Source: Chiloscyllium plagiosum (lineage: Eukaryota). From it: 64,000 nucleotides of DNA. Positions 52,620 through 64,000 of this stretch are shown piece after piece; the first letter of the stretch is position 1, and each line of letters begins with the position of its first letter. The stretch covers positions 46,590,645 to 46,654,644 of the forward strand of contig NC_057728.1 of assembly GCF_004010195.1 (NCBI RefSeq). Direction: 5' to 3'. The notes beneath the pieces were generated by a model. That model worked only from the letters and a program-made list of their open reading frames with translations, ran no database searches and had not been told where the DNA came from. The position numbers and the translations under genes are program-made.

Positions 52620-53787
52620 ATTATTCAACCCACTGTCAAAGTATGAGCAGGATCTCAAACTGCATGGTTGAAGGATTCTATAACTAAGATCTGCCACAGG
52701 GCTAATACCCCTTGTGGCCAGTATAATTTAGTCAGATTCATCATTATCTTCAACCTGTTCCTTAGTATTGTCATCATCATGCGTGAATTCATATTCTTTT
52801 GAACAAGGCAAACTCTTAAAGGGGTGTGAGAAATATAGATTATGGTGTGATTTGTGGCAGATATTGGGAAAAGCCATTCCATCTTTATGCTTTTGTTCAG
52901 TGGAGAGGTAAATTTCCTCTCCACATTAGCTGTGAGGTGCCGAATACCAAGCAGCCTACCACTGTCTTGACTCTTTCTGCCCTACTGTAGGCTGCTTTCC
53001 TCTTGGAATGAGAAAGGAGCAGGTATTAAGGAAGAAAGAAGTGGATGACACAGCTGTTACTGCTGGTGTCAATGGACTAACATCCTGAGAAATTGATTAC
53101 ACAGTGCAGAGGACATGCAGAGTTAGTGGTTTTGGGGATTGGGATGGGGTGAGCAAGTGACATCACAGGCATTAGTGAGAGTGGTAGAAGTCATTAGCAG
53201 AAATAGAATGAGTGTGAGCCATGAGAAAGAAGATGGTGGCACTTATTCTGGCAGAGAGGAGAAGAACATTGATTTTTTTCTTATTGTACTGGGCATTCCT
53301 CCATATAGCTGAGAATCCACTGAACCAGATGAACCATGATCAAACCTTGGAATGAATACTGTCATGGTCACCTCGACTAGTCCTGGGGAAGAGAGCCTCT
53401 TGCTGGTGTACCATCCCATTCAGCAGAGCCTCCAGATCCCCATCTGTAAAACTAAGGGGGAGATTTCCCTCATCTGCCACATCAGAGACACATTTCAGGA
53501 ACTGTGCAGGGTAATTCCATTCTGACAGTGTTTGTCTGGGTGCATAGTTGATTTTTAAAGATGACACTGGCACAAAGGGGTGCTGGTCAATTCTGGGATC
53601 TCAATACTAACAACAATTTCTGGCAATGCACATGATCAGATGGGCTAGAATCAAATGAGAGGAAAACTATAGGGGCAAGGGAGGTAGTTAGCAAGATAAA
53701 TTTGATAATATATAATAAAATAACTTGTGAGAACTCGTAGTGAAAAATCCTCAAATAAACTTGACATAACTGGCAACTTAGCCAAAC
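52620..53787 (-). mobile_element. Harbinger-like remnant (Myb/SANT ORF)
   Basis: SFTDGDLEALLNGMVHQQEALFP (ORF 53340-53573) resembles the PRFSDxxLExLL...LFP N-terminus of these proteins; terminus aagattcagccc. Confidence 0.6.
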
Positions 53788-54386
53788 AAGAGTAAGATTC
53801 AGCCCACAATAAACACTAGGATTTCAGTTTCATGTTTGAAATGTTTTTCTTCTTCGTTTCTAACTTTCACCTTTAAGTAACTGCACTTTGCTATCACGTT
53901 ACAGTCCAAAAAGTGAGGTGATGTAAGATGGACCTGAAGCCAATCTTTACACATATTTCTAAATATATGTTTTCAGAGACACACTTACAAATACAGCAAA
54001 CTTTTTATTAACTGGCAACTATGGCACAGAAATGTACCAGTTGATCAAATATTCCAGTTGATCAAGAGGCCTACATTATCAATGTAAAAACACACACTAG
54101 GTAATAGAAATGTAATGCAGGGGATATACAATATTATACTTTATTTACAGCATAAATCACTTAAATAATAATATAAAGTTGCCTTAAAAAAATTGCGAGC
54201 AAAGAGCCTTCTCAGTCTCAACCTCAACTGACCACTTTGTCAATCTAGAGATTGTGATAATGCAGTAAACCTACAGTATATCAGTTATATATTTTTTGCC
54301 AGTTTATTGAGAATGCTGGTTTTTGTGCTAGTCAAAACAAAGTTTTCTGTATGTACTTTCTTACCAACAACCACATTTCAATGTGT

Positions 54387-55765
54387 TATAGAGTCATAGA
54401 GTCATAGTGATGTACAGCAGAAACAGATCCTTCGGTCCAACCCGTCCATGCTGACCAGATATCCCAACCCAATCTAGTCCCACCTGCCAGCACCTGGCCC
54501 ATATCGCTCCAAACCCTTTCTATTCATATACCCATCCACATGCCTTTTAAATGTTGCAATTGTACCAGCCTCCACCACTTTCTCTGGCAGCTCATTCCAA
54601 ACACATACCACCCTCTGTGTGAAAAAGCTGCCTTGTAGGTCTCTTTTATATCTTTCCCCTCTCACCCTAAACCTATGCCCTCTAGTTCTGGACTCCCCCA
54701 CCACAGGAAAAAGACTTTGTCTATTTATCCTATCCATGCCCCTCATAATTTTGTAAACCTCTATAAGGTCACCCCTCAGCCTCCGACACTCCAGGGAAAA
54801 CAGCTCCAGTCTGTTCAGCCTCTCCCTATAGCTCAAATCCTCCAACCCTGGCAACATCCTTGTAAATCTTTTCTGAATCCTTTCAAGTTTCACAACATTT
54901 TTCCAATAGAAAGGAGACCAGAATTGCATGCAATATTCCAACAGTGGCCTAACCAATGTCCTGTACAGCCGCAACATGACCTCCCAACTCCTGTACTCAA
55001 TACTCTGACTGATAAAGGAAAGCATACCAAACGCTTTCTTCACTATCCTATCTACCTGTGACTACACTTTCAAGGAGCTATGAACCTGCACTCCAAGGTC
55101 TCTTTGTTTAGCAATACTCCCTAGGACCTTACCATTAAGTGTATAAGTCCTGCTAAGATTTGCTTTCCCAAAATGCAGCACCTCGCATTTAGCTGAATTA
55201 AACTCCACTGCCATTTCTCAGCCCACTGGCCCATCTGATCAAGATCCTGTTGTAATCTGAGTTAACCTTCTTCGCTGTCCGCTACACCTCCAATTTCGGT
55301 GTCATCTGCAAACTTACTAACTATGTCTCTTATGCTCACATCAAATCATTTATATAAATGATAAAAAGTAGAGGACCCAGCACCAATCCTTGTGACACTC
55401 CACTGGTCACAGGCCGCCAATCTGAAAAACAACTCAACAACACCACACTCTGTCTTCTATCTTTGAGCCATTTCTGTATCCAAATTGCCAGTTCTCCCTG
55501 TATTCCATGAGATCTAACCTTGCTAACCAGTCTATCATGGGGGATCTTGTCGAACGCCTTACTGAAGTCCATATAGATCACATCTACCACTCTGCCCTCA
55601 TCAATCCTCTTTGTTACTTCTTCAAAATATTCAATCAACTTTGTGAGACATTATTTCCCATGCACAAACCATGTTGACTATCCCTAATCAGTCTTTGCAT
55701 TTCCAAATACATGTACGTCCTGTCCCTCAGGATTCCCTGCAACAGCTTGCCCACCACCGACGTCA
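54387..55765 (-). mobile_element. Relatively young 5'-truncated CR1/HER1 LINE
   Basis: ORFs 55336-55638 (YMDFSKAFDKIPH, GVSQGLVLGPLLF) and 54474-55043; (ctatgact)n tail. Confidence 0.95.
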
Positions 55766-57477
55766 GTGTTCCTTGTTATATTGACATCAGTGAAGCCCCA
55801 GCTAATAATTACTATTGCATACTATTGCTTATAATAAAAATAGAATGAATATGAGGCATGATTGCTTTGATGAATGCAGCAAAATTCAATTTCTTAAAAA
55901 AAAGTTATTACCAAATATAAATAAGACATTTAAAGTGTCACATTTGTCTCTTATTCCCAGAGTTAGACTTAAAGAGACTTACATGATATGTTATATAATA
56001 TGAATGATAGATTGAATCAGACAATCCTAGAAAATGTTAATTATTCATAAATTAAACCTAGCAAGGTGTAATTTCATTCATCTAGATCACTAATGAGCAG
56101 AATTATGGCTCACTTTTATCATATTTATTGAAAAGCTGATGCATTTTATCATTTTAAAAAAGTTAATGAAACATGAGTTAACAGATGAGACAATCAGAAT
56201 GAAGTCTTCACAAACAAAGCATGAAGATCTGTCAGCAAATGTCATGTACATTTAAGCTGACAACTAGAATTATGTTGGCTCTTCTGATGTTACTTTGGCA
56301 GCATTGATGAGCAATGCCTCAAGTACTCATTGTTCATGTTGATTTAACTAAGCTTGCAAAGAGAATATTACTGTGACTACAATCCTATGGATGCAGGAAA
56401 TATGAAAATATATTTAACGTTGTAAAAATTCCGATGTGGGTGTTGCTGGCTCAGCCATTATTTAATTTCCATTCGTGATTTCCCTGGAAATCAGATCATG
56501 GTAAGCATTTTACATTTCCGGAAAGAAATTCAATTGACCATATATATTACCACCAAGTACTGTTCAATTTACAGAGAAAGCAGTCGGATCAAATTTTGCA
56601 GTCATTACCCATAGAGGCGATTGCATGCATATTATTGAATCCACCTGATTTTCATGCTACATCTAACAGGTGAGTGAGTTATTGTGTCAGACCACGGTCT
56701 ATGCAGTGAAGATCACCATTTAGATGAACATTAACATTCATTTAACATTAAATATTATATCTCTAGAGCTCTTATTTTTGAAACATTGATTTTGAATGTC
56801 TGTATACAATGTAGCAAATGAGCATTGTTACAGCTGTGTTAGACAATTTTGGAATTTATCTACTTTGCTACTCAAAATTTCTTGCCACAGACTGATAATT
56901 TCTAAACTGGCTGCTTCATTTTATTAAGTCTTTGCCATAGCACCTATCTCTTAAAGATTATTGTCTCTGAGTACTGAAGCAGGCAGATATACTGGACAAT
57001 TAAACTGACAAGTTATTGCACCATCCCATATTTTGGCTAAGTGTCATTTTATAGAAATTTCGGGGTGTGTGTGTGTTTAAGTAGTTACTATGCACTGATG
57101 GTGTCCCTCTCATTCTATAATCCCACATGCTGTAACCAGATGTACTCCTTGCTATCGGGATATCTTGAGATTCCTAGCAACAGTGTCATCTCAAAAGGCA
57201 CTCAGACAAGCACTGACAGTCTGGCGATGCCTTCCCCAGTTCATGACATTTTCCCCACTTATGGCAAGAGGATAAGAGGAAATCTATGTCCTGATTTGTA
57301 ATCTGATTCTGGTTGATGGGGTGGTACAGAGGAGGGACATCCAGTTTCCACAAGACTGATAATAGAGGCCATGACACTAGGCCAGCCTAGATCGAGTTTC
57401 TCATCCAGGCCAAGGTCAATCTGCTCTCAACTATCTGCAGGAGTGTGTGCAGTAATGCTGCAGATAGGATATTGCAA

Positions 57478-57654
57478 GTTAGGTGAATTGGCCATGTTAA
57501 AATTGCCCATAGTGTTCAGGGATGTATAAATTAGGTGCATTAGTCTGGGGTAAATGTAGAGCAGTAGGAGAATGGGTCTGGGTATATTACTCGTTGGAGG
57601 GTCAGTGTGGACTTGTTGGGCCGAAGGGCCTGTTTCCAGACAGTAGGGATTCTA
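57478..57654 (+). mobile_element. HE1 SINE, 3' half
   Basis: gttaggtgaattggccatg...gggccgaagggcctgtttcc...agggattctat. Confidence 0.8.
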
Positions 57655-58565
57655 TAATTTGTAAGTTTGCAAACAATATGAAATTTGCTGTGCTCTTGAT
57701 AGTGGGGAAGATAGTCTAAAGCTCAGTCTGATATTGATTATCTGGTAAATTAGGTGGAGCAACAGCAGATGGAATTTAATCCTGGTAAGTATGAGGTGAT
57801 ACATTTTCAGAGAACTAATAAGGGAAGAACATGAACAATGAATGGTATGTCCACAGGGAGTACTGAGGAACATAGGTGTACATGTCCATAGATCCCTAAA
57901 GGTGTCAGTATAGGTAGATAGGGCGATGAAGATGGCATAAGGGATGATTGCCTTCATTAGTTAGGGCATAGAACTTAGGAGTAAGGAAGTCTTGTTACAA
58001 CTTATAAAGCATTAGTTCGGTCACAGATGGATTACCATTTGAGATCCTGGCTGTCACACTATTGAATGGAAGCGATTGTAATGGAGAGGGTGCAAAGGAG
58101 ATTCACCAGGATGTTGCCTGGGATGAAATGTCTCCATTATGAGGAAAGACTGAGTAGGCTAGGTTTCTTTTCCTTAGAATACAGGAAGATGAGGGGGATC
58201 CTCTTTGATATATGCCAAATTATGAAAGGCATTGATAGGGTAGATTGTGAGATTCTTGATAGATGTGTCTCAAACCAGAGGGCTGTAAGTGTAAGGTGAG
58301 TAGTTAGTGGTTTGAAGGTGATCTGCGCAAAATAAATTTCACCCAGAGGATGGTAGAATATAGAATGCACTGCCTGAGAAGATGATGGAAGCAGGTACTC
58401 TTGCAACATTTAAGCAGTATCTGGATAAGTACACAAAATTCGAAGGCATTGTAGGCTATGGCCCAAGTGCAGGTAAATGGGATTAGTGTAGTTTGTATTT
58501 GTTGGTCAGTGTAGACTTGATGGGTTGGAGGGCTTGTTTCTATGCTATATGACTGTATGACTTGA
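57655..58565 (+). mobile_element. Decayed CR1 LINE 3' part
   Basis: KFANN (degenerate FADD), ERVQRRFTRMLPG, and tail ctatatgactgtatgact. Confidence 0.88.
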
Positions 58566-58920
58566 CTGAGGACTATGTCCATGTGGTGTGCTTTTAGTTG
58601 ATGCACATGCAGTGCTTCTGCCACATAGGCTGTAGAGATGACATTGAGTTAAGACAGTGCACACAGAAAACTCTCCATCCTCTTGAACAAAATCAGTTGA
58701 CAACCATCGCAAACTGCTCGACTTCCTATTTGCACTGAACAGGAAGGAAAGACAGAAGTACTATGAGCTTTTAAAATCTGGCTAAGGGGGTAAAGGTAAG
58801 AGTACAAGGCAAAGGCTGCTGTGAGCATCCAGGTAAGTGCAAGGTGAGTGGTGGGGGAATGGAACTTGTGTATTTGTGAGGAGAGATTAAGTAATAATGA
58901 GGGTTATAATGAGCTATACA

Positions 58921-59200
58921 ACATAGAACGTAGAACAGTACAGCACAGGAATGGGCCAGTCGGCCCACAGTGTTGTGCTGAATTAAACTAATCCTTTCTG
59001 CCTGTCCTTGGTCCGTATCCCTCTATTCCTTGAATATTCATGTACTTATCTAAAAATCCCTTAAACATCCCGATCGTATCTGCCTCCACCATCATCCTTG
59101 TCGATGTGTTCCAGAACTCCTACCAGTCTCTATGTAAAAAAACTACCCCTTGTCTCCTTTGAGCTTTCCTGCTCTCACCTTAAATTCAGGCCCTTTAGTA
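58921..59200 (-). mobile_element. CR1-type LINE 3' end
   Basis: (agaacat)n-like tail catagaacgtagaacagtacagcacagga and RT C-terminal remnant. Confidence 0.7.
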
Positions 59201-60287
59201 TCAATCTGCATTGATAGAGCTCTCACTCCTGATGAACAAGAATCATATCTCAGCATTCAGAGCTTGTTGGGAAATGTGATTTGTTGGTCTCGATGTTGAG
59301 AAAGGATTGCTCGACATCTCATGCACTTCTCCTATAGCCCACATTGTTCAGGGCTTGGCAAACCTTTGCCTTTAGTGTTGTTTATTCTGAAAAAAAAGCA
59401 ACTTAATGAGATTAGCAAAAAGGGAATAAGCAGTAATAGTACTAAGATGAATGGTGATAGTCTTCAGAATTCAATAGAACAGTATCTGAGGATAAGGCTG
59501 GACAGCTTGTTAAACACCAATGTTCTGTCCAACAGCTATAAAAGGCAGCAACAGTATTGAGGAATGATGCCAGATGGGTGGATTATAAATTCAAATGATC
59601 ATTTGGGGCCCTGGCTCAGCCTTAGTTAAAGTAAGATATGCAATCTTACTCCAGTGAGACAGCCTGGGTTTGCAAAATGTATGGAGGACAGCAATCTAAC
59701 AATTCCAACTTCTAGAATTAGGCATCACAGTTATGAGGTAATGTAAAGCAAGTTTTAAATGTTTTGTACAAGGATAAATAAGGTTTAGTCATTATCAATT
59801 TTCAACATTATAAAACTTGGACCCTAATAAATTGTTTAATGCAACTACAATAGACTAAAGCTAAGAAAAAGATGAATCGACAGTTTTCCCAGGAGTGGTA
59901 TTAATCCACACATTTATTCCTTATGGTCAGAGATGTGGTGGCTAATGTAGACAAATTTGAAAGGAAATTGGATGGTTTATTAGTGAAAGAAGTGACCAAA
60001 GGCTTTAAATTTTATTTGAACTTTTGAAAAAATCAAATGGACTACACTGGCCTTTTCCAGTCCTATGTATTATTCTGAGGTTTGAATAAAACACACATTA
60101 ATTCAATCACTTCCAAATTGAATTCAATAAATAAATGTCATTAATGAAATGTACTGCTGCTTTTTAAATTGCTATATTTCCTTAATGTTTGGGGGAAAAA
60201 TATAAATAATCTTAAAATTAATAGCCGATGTATAACCTAGTATATAAATTAACAATTTAGTCATTAATTTACCAGTAAGTATTGCAG

Positions 60288-60443
60288 CTGAAAATGTGTT
60301 GCTGGAAAAGCGCATCAGGTCAGACAGCATCCAAGGAATAGGAGAATCGACATTTCGGGCATAAGCCCTTCTTCATTCCTGCTGCACTTTTCCAGCAACA
60401 CATTTTCAGCTCTGATCTCCAGCATCTGCAGTCCTCACTTTCT
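60288..60443. mobile_element. Penelope-derived fold-back mini-insertion
   Basis: gctgaaaatgtgttgctggaaaag and its reverse complement; perfect 16-bp TSD ccagtaagtattgcag at 60272-60287 and 60444-60459. Confidence 0.88.
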
Positions 60444-60829
60444 CCAGTAAGTATTGCAGTCAATGCAATCAATAACATCTCAGATATTAAATATCGCTGC
60501 AACTTGAAAGATTACTTGAAACAGCTTGCTCTAATTTATCCACTCTTCATCTAGTAAAGGTATTTTGAAAAGTGATAAATCATAATTCTGGAATATATTA
60601 TAGCAGCAATATCTTAATTCAGGATATAAAATATAATAAAATATCCTTGAATCAAGTAGAACAAGTGGAAATAAAACTGAGAGAGCTGGTTGTTCTGAAA
60701 TCCAAGCAGACTTTGTTCGGGATGCAGTAACTCTGATGCTTGGTCAAAAAGCTGGACCAACACCAACCCAGCAGTGGTTCGGAACCCCCGTTTGTTTTCA
60801 GGCAGCTATCAGGCTACCATTTGGACTTT

Positions 60830-63050
60830 TGACCTTTTAAGAGCTAAGATTACACCTCCAAGGCGACCAGCAGCACCCAGAGGTTGAACACCAATTCTCC
60901 GACACCAAGTCTTCCCTAACCCTCGACCACGACCACACCGTGACCTATCAGGCCAAAATCACTTGCACTCTCCATGTCCTCATTGCCTCTGCTGATCTCT
61001 CCTCCACTGCATCCAATCTTATAGTCCGCCAACCCCTCACTGCCCAGTTCTACCTGCTCCCCGAGATCCACAAGCCCAACTACCCCAGCTGACCCATCAT
61101 CTCAGCATATTCCTGCCCCACCGAACTCATTTCCATCCTATCTCAACTCTATCCTCTCCCCTTTGGTTCAGGCACTCCCTATCTACATCCACAATACCTA
61201 CCATGCCCTCTATCTCTTCAGTAACTTCCAGTTCCCCAGCTCCCAGCCCTTTCTCTTCACCAGTCTTTTACAGGTCCATATCCCACAAGGATGACCTCCA
61301 GGCCCTCAGCTTCTTCCTCTACACCAGACCCATCCAGACCCCCTCCACCAATACTCTCCTCCATCTCACCAAATTGGTCCTCAATCTCAATAACTCCTCT
61401 CATTTAACTCCTCCCATTTCAGCCAAATCCAAGGGGTGGCCATGGGCACTCAAATGGGCTCCAGCTACGCCTGCCTCTTTGTTGGCTATTTCGAACAGTC
61501 CTTGTTCAGTACCTACGCAAGAACTGTGCCACAACTCTTCTGCCATTACATCGATGACTGCATTGGTGCAGGGCCCTGTCCCTAGGCTGAGCTGGAGCAG
61601 TTCATTGACTTCACCCACAACTTCCACCAGCCCTCAAATTCACTTGGTCCATCTCGGACACTTCCCTTCCCTTTCTTGACCTCTCCATTTCCAAGTCTGG
61701 CGATAGTCTCTGGACAGATATTAACTACAAACCCACAGATCTTACAACTATCTGGACTACACCTCCTCTCACCCAGTAACCTGCAAACTCCATCCCGTTC
61801 TCCCAATTCTCCGCCTCCGCCGCTTCTGCTTAGATGAGCAGACATTTCACTCCCAAGCATCCCAAATGTCCACCTGTTTTTAATAAGGTGCTTTTGCCCT
61901 CTCTGTCATCCAGACAGCCCTCCACTGCACCACCTCCATTCCCTATTCCACTGCTCTTAAACCCCCCCTAAACTCAATGAAGACAGAGTTCCCCTTGTTC
62001 ACCTACCACCCCACCTGTCCTCGAAACCAATGCATCATTCTTAAACACTTCCTCCAAGTCCAACTTGACCCCACCACCAAGAACATCTTCCCCTCCCCAC
62101 CCCTCTCTACCTTCCGCAAGAACCGTTTCCTTCTCCAGTCCTTCGTTTGTGCCACTCTCCCCACCAACCCTCCCCCGAACCACCAGGTACATTCCCCTGC
62201 AACTGAAAAAATACAAAACCTGCCAGTACACCACCCACCTCATCTCCATCCATGATCCCAAACAGTCCTTCCAGGTGAGACAGAGGTTCACCTGCCTCTC
62301 TTCCAACCCAGTCAACTGTATCTGGTACTCCAGTTGTGGTCTTCTCAACACTCAGGGCACGTTTCGCGGAGCATCTCAGCCGGGCCTGCAAGGGTCAACC
62401 TGACCTCTCAGTCACTGCCCATTTTAATTCCCCTTCCCAGTCCCTTTCTGACATGACCATCCTCCATTGCTACAATGAATCTACTTTTATTTTAGATTAC
62501 TTACAGTGTGGAAACAGGCCCTTCTGCCCAACAAGTCCACACCAACCCTCCGAAGAGCAACCCACCCAGACCCATTCCCCTATATTTACCCCTTCACCTA
62601 ACACTATGGGCAATTTAGCATGGCCAATTCACCTAACCTGCACATTTTTTGGACTGTGGGAGGAAACCGGAGCACACGGAGAAAACCCACGCAGACACGG
62701 GGAGAATGTGCAAACTCCACACAGACAGTTGCCTGAGGCAGGAATTGAACCCGGGTCTCTGGCATTGTGAGGCAGCAGTGCTATCCACTGTTCTGCCATG
62801 CTGCCTGCGAAATCAACCGCAAATTGGAGGAACAACAAATCATCTTCCATCTGGGCAGCCTACAGCCTGGACGACTCAACACTGAATTCTCCAATTTCAA
62901 GTAACCTCCCTTCCCTTTCCCCGAATTCCTTCCCAACCCCTCTTCCTCCCTTCCATGCCTCTCAATGACCCTTCCTTCTAGCCACCAAATGGATTCATTC
63001 CTTCCATTGACCAACTAGGTTGCTGTGTTCTTCCAACTTTCTGCTTACCT
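60830..63050 (+). mobile_element. Penelope-like element (RT + GIY-YIG), decayed
   Basis: FYLLPEIHKP, GVAMGTQMGSSYACLFVGY, YIDD (~61546), FLDL, YKPTD, CLSSNPVNCIW and RARFAEH across frameshifts. Confidence 0.92.
62485..62803 (-). mobile_element. HE1 SINE nested in the Penelope element
   Basis: Aligns with 27804-28125; Penelope sequence resumes at aaccgcaaattggagga. Confidence 0.9.
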
Positions 63051-63723
63051 ACCACTTGCATTTGTGGCTAATGCTGGGTCTGCATCCACCCGGAGATGCA
63101 GAATGGGCACCATCCTCGAAAGAAGGTAAATAGTATCATGGTCACTCAGACCAGTCAGTCAGACAGCCTTCAGCTGCAGAATGGGGTGGTCTAGGTTGTC
63201 AGTGATGATTGGGGGGTGGTTTGCTGGGAAAGTTGTCATCACCACTGGGGATGGGGACCTGAGCAGACAACATGGCACCTGATTAGGTGAGCCTTCAACC
63301 TTGAGCTCTCAGGAAGGTCACCACATATTACATTTATGGTTGACCCATACTTTAGAGGAACCCATTCATTGGAACTGGTGCTGTGACAGTGGTGGCAGTA
63401 AAAGGCCTTAGTTGTCCAGGCAAGGGGTTCTATGGGCTTGGTGTAAAGGAAGACCATTTCCCACTTTACCCACTGCTCATCAAAGTTCACACCATAGGAA
63501 AAATGGGAAACACTATGCCTGATTACTCAACTCCCCCTACATACATACCTTTCTCTTTACTTCTCTTTCCCCCACTTACCACCCTCTGCCTCCCAACCAG
63601 CTCCTCAATGTGTCATTAAAATTCATCTTCAATAGGTGCTTCAATTAGGAAAGTAAATTGTTGAGCTCCTGTTGTAAATTGAAATGCTGTGTACCCAAGT
63701 CCAGTAGGACTTTGTAAAAAAGA

Positions 63724-64000
63724 AGGTTATGCACTTTGGTAGGAAGAATAGAGTCATAGACTGTTCTTTTTAAATGGGGAAGGCTTCAGAAATCTAAAGG
63801 GCAAATGAACTGAGGAGTCCTAGGTCAAGATATTCTTTAGGTTCACAGGTTAGGAAGGCAAATGCAATATAGTATTCATTTCAAGAGGACTAGAATACAA
63901 GAGTAAAGATTATTGCTGAGACTGTATAAGGCTCTGGTTAGATCACATTTGGAATACTGTGAGCAGTTTTGGGCCCCATATCTCGGGAAGAATGTACTGG
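63724..64000 (+). mobile_element. CR1 LINE fragment running off the window
   Basis: VMHFGRKN...LYKALVRSHLEYCEQFWAPYL; same family as 43545-43934. Confidence 0.85.

Noticed and set aside
27804..62803. tRNA-like A/B boxes
   Set aside because: All are SINE heads followed by SINE bodies; I saw no complete tRNA cloverleaf.

Overview
Vertebrate genomic DNA, very probably a shark or ray (HE1-type SINEs, HER1/CR1 LINEs, Penelope and Harbinger remnants). The first ~4 kb holds the 3' end of the Kv3.2 potassium channel gene KCNC2 on the + strand: the penultimate exon, two alternative terminal exons (Kv3.2b-type and Kv3.2a-type) and the 3' UTR. The remaining ~60 kb is repeat-rich intergenic DNA with no other recognisable host gene. 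The main unexpected signal lies just downstream of KCNC2 (~4233-6640). Across frameshifts and stops on the + strand, motifs of a Mononegavirales L (RNA-dependent RNA polymerase) protein appear in the expected order, several most like pneumovirus L. I read this as a decayed endogenous negative-strand RNA virus element, partly tandem-duplicated and interrupted by a Penelope-derived insertion. The window also has many small TSD-flanked fold-back insertions carrying hammerhead-ribozyme cores. All protein comparisons were made by eye against remembered sequences and need tBLASTn/HMM confirmation. Repeat boundaries are approximate unless TSDs or TIRs are given.
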